Shown here: positions 27,429-38,555 of the stretch, piece after piece
Position numbering within the stretch: the stretch's first letter is position 1
Layout of the letters: the number at the start of each line of letters is the position of its first letter
Origin: Desulfobacterales bacterium
GTDB lineage: Bacteria; Desulfobacterota; Desulfobacteria; Desulfobacterales; UBA5852
Length of the DNA stretch: 64,000 bases
Assembly (NCBI GenBank): GCA_963674755.2
Contig: CAXXVS010000001.1
Span: 96,001-160,000, forward strand
Direction of reading: 5' to 3'
Translations under genes and position numbers: made by a program
The notes under the pieces: model-generated
What the model was told of the DNA's origin: nothing
The model's input: only the letters and a program-made list of their open reading frames with translations
Database searches by the model: none

Positions 27429-29843
27429 ATGAAAGTCAGTTTGAGTTGGCTTAAGGAATACGTCCCGCTCGAGTGGGATGCCGACCGCTTGGCGGAAGCA
27501 CTGACCATGGCCGGCCTTGAGGTGGATGCCATCTATGACCGTTTTGCCTATCTCCGTCAGATAAAGGTCGCCCAGGTCCGGGCGGTGCGCGAACACCCCA
27601 AAGCCGATCGATTGAAACTGTGCGATGTCTCCACCGGAGACCGGCAGTACCAGATCGTGTGTGGTGCGCCCAATGTGAACGAAGGCATGCTTTCCGCTCT
27701 GGCGGTTCCGGGGGCCGTCTTGCCTGACGGTCGCACCCTGACGGAAACGCGCATCCGCGGCGAGGTCTCTCAGGGCATGTTGTGCAGTGAAGCGGAACTG
27801 GAGCTTGGTTCCGACAGCAGCGGCATCTGGTCCCTCCCGGAAGATCTGCCTCTCGGGGCTTCCCTGGCGGAGGCGCTGGGCCTGTCGGACATCGTGCTGG
27901 AAATCGACCTGACGCCGAATCGTCCGGATTGCCTGAGCATCCTCGGTGTGGCCCGCGAAGCCGCGGCGCTTCAGCATAATCAACTGCGTCCTCCGGATAT
28001 TCAATTGTCGGATGCGGGCCAGGCCATCGCAGACTACACCAGCGTCACTATCGAAGACCCGGACCTTTGTCCGCGCTATACGGCGCGCTTGATCGAGGGA
28101 GTGACGATCGCGCCGTCGCCCGCTTGGCTCCAGGATCGGATTCGATCGGTAGGCATGCGCCCGATCAACAATGTCGTGGATATCACCAACTTTGTTATGA
28201 TGGAGCTTGGACAGCCGCTGCACGCGTTTGATTTCGACCGTTTGGCCGGCCAGCGCATCGTGGTGCGGCGGGCTCGAGACGGGGAGGCCTTTGTTAGCCT
28301 GGATAACAAGGAACGCATCCTCGACAGCGAAATGCTGATGATATGCGACGGGGAAAAGCCGGTCGGCATCGGCGGCGTCATGGGGGGCTTGAACTCCGAG
28401 GTGGAGGCTTCGACACGGCGCGTGCTTTTGGAGAGTGCCGGCTTCAATCCGGTCAGCATTCGCCGGACCGCCAAACGGCTGAACCTGAATTCCGAAGCAT
28501 CCCACCGCTTTGAACGGGGTGTCGATCCCCAGGGCACCGTCGTGGCGCTGCATCGCGCGGCCCAGCTGATTGCCGAATTGGGTGGCGGAACCCTCGTCGA
28601 GGGGCATCTCGATGTTCATCCGATCCCCCATGAAACCCCGTGCATTCGTCTGGATGTCGCCCGCACCAACCGTTTGTTGGGCACTTCACTCGGGGCGGAC
28701 GAAATCGCCAATCTGATGGAATCCATTGAAATCAAAACTAAAATTCTTTCAAAAGAACAGATTGAGGCCCGTCCTCCCTCCTTTCGCGTGGATATTCATC
28801 AGCCGGAGGATCTTCTTGAAGAGATCGCGCGGCTTTGGGGATACAACCGGATTGCCCCCCGCAAACCCTGTGTGGCCACTGATAATGTGCGCTCAAGCCG
28901 GTCTCTCGACATAAAAAAAAGAATCCGATTCCTCTTGAATGGATTCGGTTTCACAGAAACGATCAATTACAGCTTTATCAGTGAACGGGCCTGTGATCAT
29001 CTGGGCTTGTCCTCTGAGGACCCGCGGCGCGCAATGGTCAAAATCCTTAACCCCTTGACGGAAGACCAGAATGTCATGCGGACGTCTCTGGTTCCGGGCA
29101 TGCTTGAGACCGCCCTGCGGAACATCGCCCAACAAACCAAAAATTTAAAGCTGTTTGAAATCGGGAAGGTGTTTCTCAGTCAGGGCCAGGACCTCCAGCC
29201 GGATGAACACAACATTCTGGCGGCGCTGTGGACGGGTGCCCGTCATGAAGGTGGCTGGAATCGCCAGGCAACGGCCAGCGACTTTTATGATATCAAGGGT
29301 GTTTTGGAAGGGCTTTTAACGGGCCTGCAGGTGCAAGACAGCCAATTCACGCGCGTGAAGGCAGATCGGGCTCCGTATCTGCGTACCGGCGCGGCTGCCG
29401 AAATTTCCGTCGGGGGCCACACCATCGGATGCATCGGGGAAATCAATGACGGCGCTCTCTCCAATTTCAATCTAAAACAACCCGCCTTTCTTTTTGAAAT
29501 GAATCTGGATCGTTTGATAGCGCTGATCCCGGATCATATTCAAGCGACTCCTCTACCGCGCTACCCTTCCACTTCACGGGATATCACCTTAATCGTCGAT
29601 GTCGATCTGGATGCCCAGGCGGTCTTGTCGGGAATTCACCGGATGGAGAATGAACTCGTTGAAACGGTTTGGATCTTTGACGTGTTTAAAGGCCGTCCGA
29701 TTCCCGATGGCAAAAAGAGCCTTTCCTTACGGGTCGTCTACCGTTCATCCGAGGGAACACTTGAAGATGAGGCGATCAACCGGATCCACCACGATTTGAC
29801 GCAGCAGCTGCTGGCGGTTTGTAAAGCGGATTTGCCTTCCTGA
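27429..29843 (+). CDS. pheT: Phenylalanyl-tRNA synthetase beta subunit
   Basis: IVCGAPN, TPNRPDCLS, GQPLHAFD, RFERG, C-terminal anticodon-binding domain. Confidence 0.97.
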   Translation: MKVSLSWLKEYVPLEWDADRLAEALTMAGLEVDAIYDRFAYLRQIKVAQVRAVREHPKADRLKLCDVSTGDRQYQIVCGAPNVNEGMLSALAVPGAVLPDGRTLTETRIRGEVSQGMLCSEAELELGSDSSGIWSLPEDLPLGASLAEALGLSDIVLEIDLTPNRPDCLSILGVAREAAALQHNQLRPPDIQLSDAGQAIADYTSVTIEDPDLCPRYTARLIEGVTIAPSPAWLQDRIRSVGMRPINNVVDITNFVMMELGQPLHAFDFDRLAGQRIVVRRARDGEAFVSLDNKERILDSEMLMICDGEKPVGIGGVMGGLNSEVEASTRRVLLESAGFNPVSIRRTAKRLNLNSEASHRFERGVDPQGTVVALHRAAQLIAELGGGTLVEGHLDVHPIPHETPCIRLDVARTNRLLGTSLGADEIANLMESIEIKTKILSKEQIEARPPSFRVDIHQPEDLLEEIARLWGYNRIAPRKPCVATDNVRSSRSLDIKKRIRFLLNGFGFTETINYSFISERACDHLGLSSEDPRRAMVKILNPLTEDQNVMRTSLVPGMLETALRNIAQQTKNLKLFEIGKVFLSQGQDLQPDEHNILAALWTGARHEGGWNRQATASDFYDIKGVLEGLLTGLQVQDSQFTRVKADRAPYLRTGAAAEISVGGHTIGCIGEINDGALSNFNLKQPAFLFEMNLDRLIALIPDHIQATPLPRYPSTSRDITLIVDVDLDAQAVLSGIHRMENELVETVWIFDVFKGRPIPDGKKSLSLRVVYRSSEGTLEDEAINRIHHDLTQQLLAVCKADLPS

Positions 29844-29882
29844 GTACGATCCCATCGTCTATCCGTTCATGAGGGAGGAACC

Positions 29883-30218
29883 ATGCCTTCCGAAGCGAAA
29901 GGTGCCAATAAGCTCTATTATCGCATTGGGGAGGTCAGTGCGATAACCGGTGTGCCATCCTACGTCCTGCGGTTTTGGGAAGGGGAGTTCTCCAGCATCA
30001 AGCCTCGCCGAACAGAGTCCGGGCAGCGACTGTACCGTCCCGCGGATCTCGAGCGTATCCGACTCATCAAGGATTTGTTGCACCGACAAAGGTATACCAT
30101 ACAGGGGGCTAGGCGGTTTCTAAAGCAGCAGGAGTCGCCACCGCCCGCCGCCGATTGGTGGTCGGAATTGCAGATGATTCGCAGGGAACTCAAGGCCATT
30201 CGGGAGCTGCTTTCCTAA
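29883..30218 (+). CDS. MerR-family HTH regulator
   Basis: YYRIGEVS...YVLRFWE.EF..IKP.R...QRLY; usual position after pheT. Confidence 0.9.
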   Translation: MPSEAKGANKLYYRIGEVSAITGVPSYVLRFWEGEFSSIKPRRTESGQRLYRPADLERIRLIKDLLHRQRYTIQGARRFLKQQESPPPAADWWSELQMIRRELKAIRELLS

Positions 30219-30288
30219 TATCCGGCGGGGCATGTTTGTGTCGTTGCCCATTTTGTTTCCCCGAAGGGGTGGCTTGTGGCGAAACGTG

Positions 30289-30317
30289 TTGACAAAGCAC
30301 CGCTTTTGTCCTAATTA
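30289..30317 (+). promoter_or_regulatory. tRNA-Gly promoter
   Basis: TTGACA-N17-TAATTA ending 13 nt before the tRNA. Confidence 0.65.
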
Positions 30318-30330
30318 GAGATCCTTGGAA

Positions 30331-30406
30331 GCGGGCATAGCTCAGTTGGTAGAGTACAAGCTTCCCAAGCTTGGTGTCGCGAGTTCGAATCTCGTTGCCC
30401 GCTCCA
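30331..30406 (+). tRNA. tRNA-Gly(CCC)
   Basis: GCGGGCA/TGCCCGC acceptor, anticodon arm CAAGC-TTCCCAA-GCTTG, GTTCGAATC, TCCA end. Confidence 0.96.
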
Positions 30407-30538
30407 ACTTCCGCCTTTTTTTTAAAAGGTCGTTTAAGGGAAGCGTTATGTATGGAACCGGGAATGTAGCCTATCAATCATGGTACCTTGCATGAGTACA
30501 TAACGTCTCACGCCATTTTGGCGGTGCACCTGAAGTTG

Positions 30539-30563
30539 AAAACGGGCGGAAGCCCGTTTTTTG
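30539..30563 (+). promoter_or_regulatory. rimP-leader hairpin (attenuator-like)
   Basis: AAACGGGC-GGAA-GCCCGTTT followed by a T tract just upstream of rimP; matches the known GGGC...GCCC rimP leader. Confidence 0.7.
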
Positions 30564-30585
30564 TTTTGGATTTTAGGCGAAGACA

Positions 30586-31116
30586 ATGACGCAACCGGAA
30601 GCGGAAGAGAAAAGCATTTCCCAAAAGATGAATAGCGGGCTGCAGAAGAAGGAGAAGCAGATTGCCTCCCAGGTCTGGAGTGCTGCGGAGCCGCTTTGCT
30701 TGGATGAAGGCATGGAGTTGGTGTTCATTGAATTTCGGCGGGAAGCCCAGGGCCGTGTTTTGCGTCTTTATATCGATAAAAAGGGTGGCGTGGCCCTGGA
30801 TGATTGTGCGCGTATCAGTCGCCAATTGAGTGATATCCTGGATGTTACCCTAGAAGATATCGGGCCTTACAGCTTAGAGGTTTCTTCACCGGGTGTTAAC
30901 CGGCCGATCGGGCGCCTTGAAGATTATAACCGTTTTAAAGGTCAGCGGGTGCATATCAAAACACGTCAGCCCATTGATGGGCGGAAGAATTACCGAGGCG
31001 TTCTTCACGGAATTGATGAAGGTATTGTCGCAGTCGTATGCGACAATGAAGAGTTTTACATCCCTCATGAAGCGATATCCATTGCACGGCTTGTCAATTT
31101 TAATGGAGAAAAATAA
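30586..31116 (+). CDS. rimP: Ribosome maturation factor RimP
   Basis: LRLYIDK..GV.LDDC..ISR, YSLEVSSPG.NRP. Confidence 0.95.
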   Translation: MTQPEAEEKSISQKMNSGLQKKEKQIASQVWSAAEPLCLDEGMELVFIEFRREAQGRVLRLYIDKKGGVALDDCARISRQLSDILDVTLEDIGPYSLEVSSPGVNRPIGRLEDYNRFKGQRVHIKTRQPIDGRKNYRGVLHGIDEGIVAVVCDNEEFYIPHEAISIARLVNFNGEK

Positions 31117-32561
31117 TGTTTGTAGCGGATATTAAACGCGTCGTCGAACAGGTCAGCCGAGATAAAGGCATCGATCGTGAGATCTTGATCAGCGCGCTGG
31201 AGGAAGCGCTTAAGTCGGCCGCCCGAAAGAAATTCGGAAGCAAAATCGACATTGAAGTGCAATACAATAACGACTCCGGCGAAATCGAGGTTTTTCAATT
31301 TAAAGACGTCGTGGAGACGATTGAAGATCCTGCTATTGAGATAACGCTGGAGGAGGGGCGCAAGCTGGATGCCGAGTGTGAAATCGGGGATAGTCTCGGC
31401 ACCAAAATGGATACCTCGACGTTTGGACGCATTGCCGCTCAATCCGCCAAACAGGTCATCATTCAGAAGATGAAAGATGCCGAAAAAGACGCCATTTACG
31501 CGAGCTTCATTGATCGCAAGGGCGAAATCATCAACGGTATTGTCCAACGCATGGACCGCGGCGACATTATCGTCAATTTGGGGCATACCGAAGGCGTTTT
31601 GCCGGTACGCGAGCAAGTGCCGCGTGAATCCTACCGGCGTGGCGATCGCATCCGGGCGTATATCCTGGACGTCTTGCATGAAACGCGTGGCCCCCAGATT
31701 ATTCTATCGCGGGGGCACAAGGATTTCCTTATGGACCTATTCAAAACCGAGGTCCCGGAAATCAGTGAGGGCATTGTCAGCATTATGGGGGCGGCCCGTG
31801 AGCCGGGCGTGCGCGCGAAGATCGCTGTCTCTTCCAACAATTCCGATATCGATCCTGTGGGGGCCTGTGTCGGTATGAAAGGCAGTCGCGTTCAGAATGT
31901 CGTGCAGGAATTGCGAGGAGAGAAAATCGATATTATCCCTTGGCATGTGGATGCCGCCAAATTTGTGTGCAATGCGCTGGCACCGGCTGAAATATCGCGT
32001 GTCATTATCGATGAATCCAATCGTTCGATGGAAGTCATTGTCCCTGATGACTACCTGTCGATCGCGATCGGCAAGCGGGGACAGAACGTTCGCTTGGCAT
32101 CCAAATTGACGGGATGGCATCTCGATGTCCAAAGCGAATCGCGTTACAACGAGGCCATGAAGAGCGGCTACGAATCTCTCATGGCGCTACCGGAGGTCAG
32201 CGTCAGTCTTGCGGACGCACTATACGAAGCAGGTTTTTTCTCAGTCGATGAAATCAGTATCGCATCGGCTGAGGATTTGCTGCAGATCCGGGATATCGAT
32301 GAGGATCAAGCCCGCGCGCTCATCTCCGCCGCACGGCAAGCGGTCTTGGATGCTGAAAATGCGGCCGAGGATGAAGATCAAGCGGACGTTGAGCAAAGCG
32401 AAGAATCGTCGAGCGCCTCCGACATAGAGGCGCCGGAAAGTGCCGAACCATCATCAGACCAGGATGAGCTGAACGGCGCAGTAGACGACACCCAAGACCA
32501 GGATGCCATTCCTGAGCCTCCAGGCGACGAAGCCGAGGCGGATTCGGAAGCGAAGGAATAG
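31116..32561 (+). CDS. nusA: Transcription factor NusA
   Basis: FGRIAAQSAKQVI, AREPG.RAK, GACVGMKG, AIGKRGQNVRLA. Confidence 0.97.
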   Translation: MFVADIKRVVEQVSRDKGIDREILISALEEALKSAARKKFGSKIDIEVQYNNDSGEIEVFQFKDVVETIEDPAIEITLEEGRKLDAECEIGDSLGTKMDTSTFGRIAAQSAKQVIIQKMKDAEKDAIYASFIDRKGEIINGIVQRMDRGDIIVNLGHTEGVLPVREQVPRESYRRGDRIRAYILDVLHETRGPQIILSRGHKDFLMDLFKTEVPEISEGIVSIMGAAREPGVRAKIAVSSNNSDIDPVGACVGMKGSRVQNVVQELRGEKIDIIPWHVDAAKFVCNALAPAEISRVIIDESNRSMEVIVPDDYLSIAIGKRGQNVRLASKLTGWHLDVQSESRYNEAMKSGYESLMALPEVSVSLADALYEAGFFSVDEISIASAEDLLQIRDIDEDQARALISAARQAVLDAENAAEDEDQADVEQSEESSSASDIEAPESAEPSSDQDELNGAVDDTQDQDAIPEPPGDEAEADSEAKE

Positions 32562-32645
32562 CGGAGCGGATCGATTTAATCGGAAGCAGAGGCGGCTGTA
32601 CGGCTATCGAAAATTGTCTGGGGAGCTGTATCTGAGGGGGAAAGC

Positions 32646-35345
32646 ATGGCAAAAATCAGGGTATATGAACTTGCCCGAGAGCTCAACATGACCAACAAAG
32701 CACTCATTGAAAAGATGAGTGACATGGATATCGCGGTTAAGAGCCATATGAGTTCTCTCGAAGATGAGGCCGTCACGCAAATCAAGGCGGCGTTTTTTGG
32801 CAAACCGGCCGAAAAGGTCGAAGAGACTCGCATCAAACCCACGGTTATTCGGCGCCGACGGAAAAAGGTTGTCGAGCCGGCTGAGGTTGAAGCCGTCCAG
32901 GAAGAAGATTCGGAAGAAGGGCCCGAACCGGCCACGGCCGAAGCGCTTGTTGAAGAAGCAGATGAAAATGCGCCGACCGTTCCCGAAGTTGCTGAAGCCG
33001 AGGCTGAAAAGGTGCCCGTGAAGAAAGGCACCAAAGCTGAAGAACCGGCTAAAATTGTAAAACGGCCTCCAGAAAAGGAGATCGCGCCCCAGGCTGTGGA
33101 AACAGCTACGGAACCATCCGAAAAAGAAGGCGATGTTGAGGCCCTTGCCCCGGATGCTGTTCAGAAAGAAGCGCCGGCTCCGCCTGAGACGGAAGCCGAA
33201 GAGTCGAGCCCCAAGGCTGAGCCTCAAAAAACTGAACCGCCGGCTGTAAAGGCCAAGAAGGAAAAGAAGCTTGAGCCGGCGGCTAAGATTATCAAGCTTC
33301 CCCCGCGACCGCCGGAAGAACCTCTCGCACAAGCGGAGCCGAAGGTCTCCGATGGGGAGCCTGCCCGCGATGATGGAGAGACAGCCTCTGCCAGGAAGAA
33401 AAGACGTAAAAAGCGCACCGAAGAAGAACTTGACCGAAAGTTTTTCAAGAAAAAAATTGCTTTCCGAAAGAAATCGGTTATCGAAGGCGCCGATCTATAT
33501 TCGGGCCAGGGCAGAGGTCGCAAAGGGCGCAAAGACGCTCGCGGAAAGGCGGCTGCCGGGCAAAAGACCCAGATCACGACAGCTAAAGCGATCAAGCGGA
33601 GAATTAAAGTGGATGAAGCCATTGTGCTCTCAGAGTTGGCAAAACGGATGGGCATCAAGGCCAGCGAAATCATCAGAATGCTGATGGGCCAAGGCGTCAT
33701 GGCAACCGTGAACCAGAGCATCGATTATGAGACGGCCAATCTGGTGGCGGCCGAATTCGGTTATGAGGTGGAAAAGGCGGCTTTTGAAGAAGACGAATTG
33801 ATCAAAATCGAAGAAGACGCCCCAGAAGCCATGACGGAGCGTCCGCCCGTGGTCACCATTATGGGGCATGTCGATCATGGTAAGACCTCTCTGTTGGATG
33901 TTATTCGCAAGACCCATGTCACCGAATTGGAAGCCGGTGGTATTACGCAGCACATCGGCGCCTACAGCGTGTCCACGGAAAAAGGCCAAATTACCTTTCT
34001 GGATACCCCGGGGCATGAAGCATTTACGGCCATGCGCTCGCGTGGGGCCCAGGTTACCGATATCGTTATTCTGGTGGTCGCCGCCGATGACGGGGTGATG
34101 CCGCAAACCGTGGAAGCCATCAACCATTCCCGGGCATCGGAAGTACCACTGATCGTGGCCGTCAATAAGATGGATAAAGCCGGGGCCGACCTGGACCGTG
34201 TGTACCGCGAGTTGTCCGAGAAAGGGTTGGCACCGGAAGCCTGGGGCGGCGATACGATTTTCGTTAATGTCTCCGCGAAGCAGAAGACGGGCATTGATGA
34301 ATTGCTGGAAATGATCTTGCTTCAAGCGGAAGTCATGGAGCTAAAGGCCAATCCTGATAAACTGGCTTTCGGCCATGTGGTGGAGGCCAAGCTCGACTCC
34401 GGCCGCGGACCGGTGGCCACGGTCCTGGTTAAGGAAGGTACCTTGCGGACCGGAGATCCGGTGGTTTGTGGTGTTCACTTCGGCAAGGTCCGCGCCATGC
34501 TGAACGATATGGGTAATCCCGTATCGGAAGCCGGCCCCTCGATTCCGGTGGAGGTCTTGGGGCTTTCGGGGGTACCGGTCGCCGGCGATGAGTTGATCGC
34601 ATTGAAGGATGAGAAGGATGCCAAGCAGGTCAGCCTGCACCGCACGCAGAAACAGCGTACCAAGGAGCTCGCCAAGTCCAACCGCATGAGCCTTGAGAAC
34701 CTCTTTGAGCAAATGAAGGAGGGCGAAGTCAAGGATCTCAATCTGATCATCAAGACGGATGTGGACGGCTCCATGGAGGCCTTGAAAGATTCGCTGATCA
34801 AATTGTCCAACGAAGAAGTCAAGATCAATGTCGTTCATTCCGCTTCGGGCACTATCACCGAGTCGGACGTTTCCCTCGCGGCCGTGTCCAACGCGATCAT
34901 CATCGGGTTCAATGTGCGGCCCACGCCTAAAGTGCAGAGCATGGCCCTCGAAGAGGGTGTGGATATGCGCTATTACAATGTCATCTATGATGTCATCAAG
35001 GAGATCAAGGATGCCATTGCCGGAATGATGGAGTCCATCTTCGAAGAGCGGGTTCTGGGACGCGCCGAGGTGCGGGAGGTTTTCCAGATCCCCAAGATTG
35101 GCGCCATTGCCGGATGTCATGTAACGGACGGCAAAATGGAACGCAATCAGCTGATGCGGCTGCTGCGGGACGGGGTTGTTTATTTCGAAGGGCGCAATTC
35201 ATCCCTGCGGCGTTTCAAAGATGATGTCAAAGAGGTGCAAAGCGGCTACGAATGCGGGATCGGCATCGAAAACTACAACGATATCAAGGTCGGCGATGTC
35301 ATTGAGTGCTACTATCTGGAAGAAATTCGCCCCGAAGTCCAATGA
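32646..35345 (+). CDS. infB: Translation initiation factor IF-2
   Basis: [28 protein letters not shown]. Confidence 0.98.
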   Translation: MAKIRVYELARELNMTNKALIEKMSDMDIAVKSHMSSLEDEAVTQIKAAFFGKPAEKVEETRIKPTVIRRRRKKVVEPAEVEAVQEEDSEEGPEPATAEALVEEADENAPTVPEVAEAEAEKVPVKKGTKAEEPAKIVKRPPEKEIAPQAVETATEPSEKEGDVEALAPDAVQKEAPAPPETEAEESSPKAEPQKTEPPAVKAKKEKKLEPAAKIIKLPPRPPEEPLAQAEPKVSDGEPARDDGETASARKKRRKKRTEEELDRKFFKKKIAFRKKSVIEGADLYSGQGRGRKGRKDARGKAAAGQKTQITTAKAIKRRIKVDEAIVLSELAKRMGIKASEIIRMLMGQGVMATVNQSIDYETANLVAAEFGYEVEKAAFEEDELIKIEEDAPEAMTERPPVVTIMGHVDHGKTSLLDVIRKTHVTELEAGGITQHIGAYSVSTEKGQITFLDTPGHEAFTAMRSRGAQVTDIVILVVAADDGVMPQTVEAINHSRASEVPLIVAVNKMDKAGADLDRVYRELSEKGLAPEAWGGDTIFVNVSAKQKTGIDELLEMILLQAEVMELKANPDKLAFGHVVEAKLDSGRGPVATVLVKEGTLRTGDPVVCGVHFGKVRAMLNDMGNPVSEAGPSIPVEVLGLSGVPVAGDELIALKDEKDAKQVSLHRTQKQRTKELAKSNRMSLENLFEQMKEGEVKDLNLIIKTDVDGSMEALKDSLIKLSNEEVKINVVHSASGTITESDVSLAAVSNAIIIGFNVRPTPKVQSMALEEGVDMRYYNVIYDVIKEIKDAIAGMMESIFEERVLGRAEVREVFQIPKIGAIAGCHVTDGKMERNQLMRLLRDGVVYFEGRNSSLRRFKDDVKEVQSGYECGIGIENYNDIKVGDVIECYYLEEIRPEVQ

Positions 35346-35421
35346 TGCCTTGCGGTAAGGGGTATACGCGTTCGATCGGCACTGCCGTAATGGGCATACG
35401 GTAAAAATTGGCGGAAAAGCG

Positions 35422-35709
35422 ATGGTTGTCGGCATCGGTCGGATCGTCTATCGGATTCATGACTGCCGCTCTTTGAAAGGCAAACGAAAAGTCGTCAAGG
35501 CGATCATCATGCGGTTGCGAAATAAATTTAATGCTTCCATCGCTGAGGTGGGCGCCAACGATATGCACCAACGGGCGGAGATCGGGTTTTGTATGGTCGG
35601 TAATGACCGTGGCGTGGTGAATTCGAAAGTCGACAAACTTTTTAATATGGCCGAAGATCTCGGATTGGCGGAGGTTATCGATATGGAAATGGAGATTATC
35701 AGTTTATGA
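35422..35709 (+). CDS. DUF503 (YlxP-like) protein
   Basis: MVVG...SLKGKRKVVK....LRNKFNASIAEV; between infB and rbfA. Confidence 0.9.
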   Translation: MVVGIGRIVYRIHDCRSLKGKRKVVKAIIMRLRNKFNASIAEVGANDMHQRAEIGFCMVGNDRGVVNSKVDKLFNMAEDLGLAEVIDMEMEIISL

Positions 35710-36080
35710 CGCGCTTTGCACGATCAGAGCGGGTCGGTCGCCATATCCGCAATACCCTGGCCGATATTCTGCGCCGGGATGTTAAAGATCCCCGTTTGAA
35801 GATGGTGACCATTACGAGCGTCGACGTTTCTCCAGATCTGAGACTGGCCAAGATCTATTTTGCGACAACCGGCGAAGATGAAAAGATTCAGCGTGTGCTG
35901 AGCGGGTTCGACCAAGCGCGCGCCTTTATCAAAAAACGGCTCGGTCAGGAGTTGGGCCTGCGGTATATGCCGGATATCCGTTTTTTCTATGATGATTCGC
36001 TTGATTACGGCGCCCGCATGGAGGCGCTTTTCCGATCGATAGGTGAGAAAGATGGACACCGTCATCGACCGAATGAGTGA
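35706..36080 (+). CDS. rbfA: Ribosome-binding factor A
   Basis: KDPRL..VTITSV.VSPDL..AK, LRYMPDIRF.YD. Confidence 0.95.
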   Translation: MTRFARSERVGRHIRNTLADILRRDVKDPRLKMVTITSVDVSPDLRLAKIYFATTGEDEKIQRVLSGFDQARAFIKKRLGQELGLRYMPDIRFFYDDSLDYGARMEALFRSIGEKDGHRHRPNE

Positions 36081-37011
36081 GCGCCAGGCGCTTTTTCTGG
36101 CAACGCATGTCAATCCTGATGGGGATGCAATCGGGTCTTTGATATCCTTGGGACTGGGCTTGCAGCAGCAAGGCAAGCAGATTTATATGTATAACGCTAG
36201 CCCCATTCCGGCAGTCTACCGGTTTCTGCCGGGGGTGCAAGGGGTCCGGCAGACCTTGCCGTCTTCTTCTGAATGGGATGCTGCGATCGTACTGGATTGC
36301 GGTGATATCGAGCGGATCGGCGAAGCCGTGGATTTCGTGCGTGGTCTCCCGATGATCATTAATATCGATCATCATGTGACCAATACCGCCTTCGGCCAAC
36401 ATCGCATCATCGATACGGCGGCCTGTTCATCGGCGGAAATCGTTTACCGACTGCTCAAGCGCATGGGGGTCGAAATCGACCCGGCCATCGCTTCGTCGAT
36501 CTATACCGGTATTTTAACCGATACGGGTTCTTTCCGATTCGCGAATACCAATAGCGCGGCCTATGCGATTAGCGCCGAGATGGTTCGATGCGGTGTTGAT
36601 CCCTATACGGTGGCCCAGCACGTTTACGGCACGTATTCGTTGGGCCGTATCAAATTGTTGAATATGGCCCTCGACTCGATTGAAATTTCCGCCAATGGCA
36701 AGTTGTCGCTGATGACCCTGACCAAGAATATGTTTGCCGAGACGGATACGAATCCCGAAGATGTGGACGGCATGATCAATTATGCCAAGCGCATCGAGGA
36801 CGTGAAAGTGGCTGCGTTGATCATGGAAAACACCAACGGCATGTCCCATAAACGCTTTCATGTGAGTTTGCGTTCGGACGGATCGGTAGATGTGGCCGAA
36901 ATCGCCGCTTCATTTGGCGGTGGTGGACATTTCAATGCCGCCGGATTTGGTGTCGAGACGTCCCTCAAGGATCTCAGGGAAACCATTATTTCCATAGCAG
37001 AGCAGCTTTGA
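36043..37011 (+). CDS. nrnA: DHH/DHHA1 phosphoesterase (NrnA-like)
   Basis: HVNPDGDAIGS, IDHH, TDTGSF, SLRS, GGGGHFNAAG. Start GTG 36043 or ATG 36052. Confidence 0.88.
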   Translation: MRKMDTVIDRMSERQALFLATHVNPDGDAIGSLISLGLGLQQQGKQIYMYNASPIPAVYRFLPGVQGVRQTLPSSSEWDAAIVLDCGDIERIGEAVDFVRGLPMIINIDHHVTNTAFGQHRIIDTAACSSAEIVYRLLKRMGVEIDPAIASSIYTGILTDTGSFRFANTNSAAYAISAEMVRCGVDPYTVAQHVYGTYSLGRIKLLNMALDSIEISANGKLSLMTLTKNMFAETDTNPEDVDGMINYAKRIEDVKVAALIMENTNGMSHKRFHVSLRSDGSVDVAEIAASFGGGGHFNAAGFGVETSLKDLRETIISIAEQL

Positions 37012-37018
37012 TAAAGGT

Positions 37019-37939
37019 ATGCGGGACGGGGCTCTGATTATCGACAAGCCGGCCGGCATGTCCTCGGCGCAGGTGGTCGGCAGGGTAAAAAAAAGTTTCC
37101 AAGCAAGGAAAGTGGGGCATGCCGGAACGCTGGATCCCTTTGCTACCGGGGTCTTGGTTTGCCTCATGAACAAGGCCACCCGCCTGGCCCAGTTTCTCTT
37201 GCGGGGTAGAAAGCAATATCAAGCCGTGCTTCATCTGGGTGTTGTTACGGACACGCAGGACCCCACAGGGCGTGTAATCGACTCCCGGCCGGTGCCGGAT
37301 TTCAGCGAGGAAGACCTTCAGCAAGTCTTCCGGCAGTATGCGGGGACCGTCGAACAGATTCCGCCCGCCTATTCGGCATTGAAACACAAAGGCGTGGCGT
37401 TGTACAAATTGGCACGCAGGGGACAGGCCATACAGAAACCGGCCCGTAGCGTTCATATCGAAAGGCTGGAAATCGTGGCGGTGGCGTTGCCCGAGGTGCA
37501 TTTCACCGTTACCTGCTCGGCCGGCACCTATGTCCGCACGCTATGTGCGGATATCGGTCAGGCGCTGGGTTGCGGGGGGCATCTCAGGGCGTTGCGCCGG
37601 ACCATGAGCAGTGGGTTCGGTATCGATGAAGCCATCAGCTTGGAGGCCTTAAACCGCGCTATGGCGGATCCCCAGTTGCCGGTTCCCCTGATTTCGCCGG
37701 GTGCTGCGTTGCGGGATATGCCGGCCTTGAGGGCGGATGGGGATGTTGCCGCCAAGATTAAAACCGGCGGGAAACTCGATGTTAAGGATTTCACCGACTT
37801 ACCGCATGATGCAACGGTAATGAAAAATGGTGAGCAAGGGACCTGTTACAAAGTTTTCGATAGGGACACCCAGTTGATCGCCGTCGTTTCGGTGGATTGG
37901 CAAAACGAAACGATCGCCTATCGTGGTGTCTTTGTCTGA
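37019..37939 (+). CDS. truB: tRNA pseudouridine-55 synthase
   Basis: DKPAG, GHAGTLDPFATG, PPAYSA, GTYVRTL. Confidence 0.96.
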   Translation: MRDGALIIDKPAGMSSAQVVGRVKKSFQARKVGHAGTLDPFATGVLVCLMNKATRLAQFLLRGRKQYQAVLHLGVVTDTQDPTGRVIDSRPVPDFSEEDLQQVFRQYAGTVEQIPPAYSALKHKGVALYKLARRGQAIQKPARSVHIERLEIVAVALPEVHFTVTCSAGTYVRTLCADIGQALGCGGHLRALRRTMSSGFGIDEAISLEALNRAMADPQLPVPLISPGAALRDMPALRADGDVAAKIKTGGKLDVKDFTDLPHDATVMKNGEQGTCYKVFDRDTQLIAVVSVDWQNETIAYRGVFV

Positions 37940-38063
37940 CGGAAACCACGCGGATATCGTTTTGCGCGACAAGCGTTGAAGCTTGCGCGTGACGATAGGC
38001 AGCCGCACAAGGTACCCTCTATTGACATGAGCATCATTATAATTAAGAGGAGGCTAAGAGACC

Positions 38064-38333
38064 GTGGTATTTACAACTGAAGATAAGAAGCGTCTGATTG
38101 AACAGCACAAGCTACACGACACGGATACGGGATCACCGGAGGTTCAGGCCGCATTGTTGACGCACCGGATCACCTATTTGACGGAGCATTTGAAGGTGCA
38201 CAAGAAAGACCACCATTCCCGCCGCGGCTTGTTGATGCTGGTCGGACGCCGCCGCCGTCTGCTCAATTACGTCAAGAACAAAGATGTGAACCGCTATCGA
38301 TCGATTATCGAGAATCTCGGACTGCGCAGGTAG
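38064..38333 (+). CDS. rpsO: 30S ribosomal protein S15
   Basis: [19 protein letters not shown]. Confidence 0.97.
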   Translation: MVFTTEDKKRLIEQHKLHDTDTGSPEVQAALLTHRITYLTEHLKVHKKDHHSRRGLLMLVGRRRRLLNYVKNKDVNRYRSIIENLGLRR

Positions 38334-38555
38334 TCGCGGATCGCGAGGCTTCCCTTGGCGAAGTCTATCCCCAGGGCGAAAAATGTCCGCTCAGGGGAAG
38401 CCTTTGCGCCGATCGATGGGCAAAGCTGTTAATGATGATGAGGTATAGGGGCCATCGTATGTCGCGATGGGCCTAACTAGCTCGCATGCCAGCATGGTTG
38501 CCGTAGTGAAAGCCCCTATAAAGAGGCGTACGGTGTGGAACCTGCAGGAGGCAAA

